Source: Paraspadella gotoi (Eukaryota; Animalia; Chaetognatha). From it: a DNA stretch of 36,039 bases. The stretch spans positions 1 through 36,039 of the forward strand of contig JBJCIZ010000326.1 of NCBI GenBank assembly GCA_051294375.1, given 5' to 3'. A program made the translations under genes and the position numbers. The notes beneath the pieces were generated by a model. That model saw only the letters and a program-made list of their open reading frames with translations. It searched no databases and was not told the DNA's origin. Of this stretch, positions 32,324 to 36,039 are shown one piece after another. Each line of letters starts with the position of its first letter. Position 1 is the stretch's first letter.

Positions 32324-33860
32324 ACCACAAAATTAAATGATATTAATATGGTTTTCTGTTCATTTTAGCGCCATTCTATCGCCATAACCTGTATAAAAAA
32401 GGCCGCAAATAATATTAAATCAACTTAACTGAGTGGTTTTTACTAGAAAATTACTAGAAATACGCCGACAGAATAGATAATATTTATATCGTTTTTTGTT
32501 AATTTTACGCCATTCTACGCCACATCTGTATAAAAAAGGCCGGATAAATCTTTAAAACCACTTAACCGAATAGCTTTTACTAGAAAATAATCGGAAAGTC
32601 TTTACGTCTCATCATGATATCATATTAAACGGTTTTACCTTCATTTCACGCCATTTTACGCCACAATTCTTTTCCTAATTTAAATATAAACATTTACACT
32701 TATTTAACCTGATATATTTTAAAATTTTTTTTGGAAAAATCATTAACGCCACATATGTAACTAGGAAATAATACATTTTGGCATACTTTTTACGCCACCA
32801 GCGCCAACAAACACGCAAAAAAAAAATCAAATCTGAATCAAATACTACTATGTATTTTTAATCAAAAAAAAGCGTTTTCCAAAATTTTGGTTGAATATCC
32901 TTGACAGCAGTAAGGAGGCAGAAAAGTTACTCCTAATTGACGTAAATCAGTTGGCGTAAATCAAATATTTAAAAGTCAAACTTGGAATTAACGATTAAAG
33001 TACACTTTGATAGGCTTGATATAAGGTTTAAAACCATCGAATGAAGAAAATCAGTATTTTTAAAATTTTTGTGCAATACCCTATCATAGGGAACATACAA
33101 GATACAATTTTAGAATTTTTTTGCTGAAATCTCTTTACAGGGTGAGTGTCAAACTAAGTCAAAATTATAATGAATTTAAAAACTAATGACACCCCATAAG
33201 AATAAATAAAAATTAAATTCTTTTTAATGATTCTGAAAGAAAAAAAGCTAAATTGTACTCTAGTACTCTAGTGGATAAAGAAAATGTAAATTTTTTGTCA
33301 CTTAAATAATTGCTTGTCTGATTTTACAAGCATGCTTACAAAATTCAACAAAATATTATTCACCCCATCACAGTCTAAGTATTTATCTTTCTTTTCCACC
33401 AGCAAAAAGTAAACATTTTCTTATTTTAGAGAACAGGGACATTTACTGAAAGGAGCCAAGAGATGTTCAACTTCTTCACTTTAATATCAGTTAATAATAA
33501 AATAGGCAAATTTTTTAATTACTCAACTTTGACAGGCTTCACAAGACATTACACTTTCACAATATCCTAACGTTTATGTAATGTTTTATATTTTTTTATC
33601 TAGAAATGATAAAAGATTAGAAAGTTGTGGATTCCTTTCGCTCATTAAAGGAAAAAAAATTAACTAGCGGAATTATAAGTTTGTAAGACTAAGAAGCAGT
33701 CAGAATCGGCAAAAAACTTAAAAGGCGAGAATGTTGAAAAAAAGGGGTAGAATTTCTTCTAAACTCATGGGCCAATTTAGACGTAACTTAAGATTTACAT
33801 TATGGTAAGTCGCCTCAATTATTCCAGTCATTCTCGATCTAAAAATATAAAAATATTATG

Positions 33861-34343
33861 AAAAAATCTTAAAAGCAATAGGGATCGAGCCGCTTTCGAT
33901 GGTAACCAAATATTGAGCGATGATACGAAATATTGAGTGCGATGATCAACCAATAATTGATGCGATGATAACAAAAATAAACTGATGTGGATGATAATCA
34001 AATGATTGATGCCGATGATCAGTCATTCATTGATAGTGATGATATAATCATCGGTATATGAGAATAATGATCAATTTCATTGATTGCGATGATAGTCATT
34101 CATGACGCCGGATGAATCATTCATCAGTAAATACATACAACAAATGCCGAGTATGAATGAAAGAGAGAGAGAGAGAGAGAGAGGAAGAGAGAGAGAGGCT
34201 GAGTCCAGTTTTCACTCTCGTTTATATAAAGAAATAATCAGAATTTTTAGAAAAAAAGAATCCACGAAAATCTCGGATGTAAATTTGGGGGATTTTTGTT
34301 TTGAGAAAAAAGCGCGGAATAAATGGCGGAATAAATAGAGTAG

Positions 34344-34383
<40 letters not shown>

Positions 34384-34440
34384 GAAGAGATAGAGAAAGA
34401 AGAAAGCTGGACCGCCCTGCAGAGCTGAAACTCGTTTTCT
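33861..34440 (+). repeat. Copy of the 22-bp-array/GA-microsatellite dispersed repeat
   Basis: Reverse-complement homologue of 19436-19997. Further pieces at 35080-35170 and 35380-35800. Confidence 0.7.
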
Positions 34441-36039
34441 CGACGTATCTGAAGTAGGGACGAACCTCTTTTCCTCTTCTAATATTTTTTTTACTATCAA
34501 AAAAAATTTCTTATGTCTCATCTTAATAAAAGTTTTAATCATTGAATGAAATTTTTAGAATTGTTCTTATTTTTTTTAAGAGAGAAACCAGACGAGGTCA
34601 AATTTTATATTTGCATATTTAACTAATTTAATAAATTATTATCCCAACTCAAATAATTATTATTTTAAAAAAGGATAAAATTATAAATATTAAAAAAAAT
34701 TTACAAATTTAAAATTGTAAAAATTATTAGAATACAAAGAAAGTAATGTTTAATTTTGACTATTCTCTCTTCTCAACTCCTTTTTAGATATAATTTGCAA
34801 TAGTGGGGCCGACCGGTCCAAAGTTTACAGTAATAAAAAAAACAAAAAATTTTTATTTTTTTTAGAAAATTTATATATGCTATTAAATTAATGCTTTTAT
34901 GTCATGCTTTACGTCTTTATGTAACCCTCTGTTTTTATTATTTTTTGAAATAAAAAAAAAAAAATAAAGAAAAAAAAAAATTAAATTAACTCCGCGCAAT
35001 TGCCGGACATATAGCTTGCTGCTGTACAATGTGACTTGCTGCATTATAAGTTAGTTATTTCCTTTTTTCTAAAATGAGAAGAGAGCCGGAACTCGTTTTA
35101 CCTCCGTTTACTGGTGAAAAAAAAAAAGAGAGAGAGAGGTGAGAAGAGAGAGAGAGAGAGATGAGAGAAAAGTTTTCCCGCCAACGATACGCCAATATAT
35201 AGGTCACTCTTGTTTACTCATCGGCGTTCTCGGTCAAGTTGAATTTTTTTTATAACACGTAACGTTTCCGTTGCCATCAAAACGCCGTTATTAGGTCCAT
35301 GTTCCTCGACATTGTTTACACTGTTGCCCCCGCAAACGGCCACTGATAATCCAGGTCAAGTAAGTTATTCTTCACTTTTCCCAAAAAAATCCACGAAAAC
35401 TCAGATGTAAATTGGGATTTTGTATTGAGAAAGAAAGCCGGAATAAATTGGCGAAATAAAAGTTTTTTAGAAGAAAGAAAATATAAGAATTTTTTAAAAA
35501 AACGGTGAGTACAAAAAAAGGGAATAATTTTTTTTTTGTAAAAAAAAAGAGAGAGAGAGAGAGAGAGAAGAGAGACGGAGGGAAGACGGAAGGGAGAAGA
35601 GAGAGAGAGCCTGAACTCGTTTTTTTAACGCATTCAGAAAAGGCAAGCGTCTGATCAAAATATATATGTTTTTACGAAAGAAAAAAAATTAATCAGAGAA
35701 TTTTTCAAAACGGACGATCAACGCAAGTGATGGTACAAGAGAGAGAAAGACGCACACAAAGAGAGACAGAGAGAGACTAACTCGTTTTTAAAACGATTTC
35801 AGAATTTTTTTTTTTTTTTTAGTTTTTTTAATTTCAAAAATAATAAACAGAGGTTACCAATAAAGACAGTAAAGTGACATAAAGCACAATGACCTTATGA
35901 CTAAAATAACCCAAAAATGATATAACGACATAGAACTCACGACATACACGGCGGATGACGTAATGAAACCTTGAAGGACCGAAACATGACTAAAATGACG
36001 TAAAAGAAACGTTGTTTTCATTTTTTTTAATGAAAATGA

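Larger units (their letters stand above)
29972..33083. mobile_element. hAT-type element carrying a transposase remnant and two nested TRIMs
   Basis: Termini tagggattagca / tgcaatacccta. TSD (A)TCATAGG at 29964-29971 and 33083-33090. The flanks rejoin to restore the foldback arm. Confidence 0.8.
27850..33855. mobile_element. Large foldback element (~1.5-kb arms, centre ~29340) whose right arm is interrupted by the 29972-33083 insertion
   Basis: 27975-28650 is the reverse complement of 33090-33750, and 28650-29230 is the reverse complement of 29400-29971. Outer termini not resolved. Confidence 0.8.

Noticed and set aside
35955-35995. Fourth hammerhead (gtaatga...gaaacatgac)
   Set aside because: Core and cleavage triplet are mutated; at most a decayed remnant.

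Overview
AT-rich, repeat-dominated eukaryotic (probably invertebrate) genomic DNA with no intact long ORF. Most of the window is nested non-autonomous transposons: hAT-type elements with 8-bp TSDs, Tc1/mariner-type and foldback elements with long inverted arms, at least six copies or fragments of a Helentron/DINE-like (HINE) family, Penelope-like retroelement 3' ends carrying minimal hammerhead ribozymes, a LINE RT remnant, and a 3.6-kb LTR element lacking recognisable pol. The most striking signal is two different miniature LTR retroelements (TRIMs, 30518-31181 and 31564-32323, plus a truncated solo LTR at 14123-14317). Their LTRs contain a tRNA-like Pol III promoter module, they share a tRNA-Trp-like PBS, and they lack TTTT on the sense strand. 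Between the repeats are short minus-strand exons of a probable hemopexin-repeat protein gene (with introns as short as 29-33 nt) and of a probable membrane-protein gene. Many single-base indels between paired repeats suggest an imperfectly polished assembly, so frameshifts should be read cautiously. All calls come from manual reading; no searches were run.
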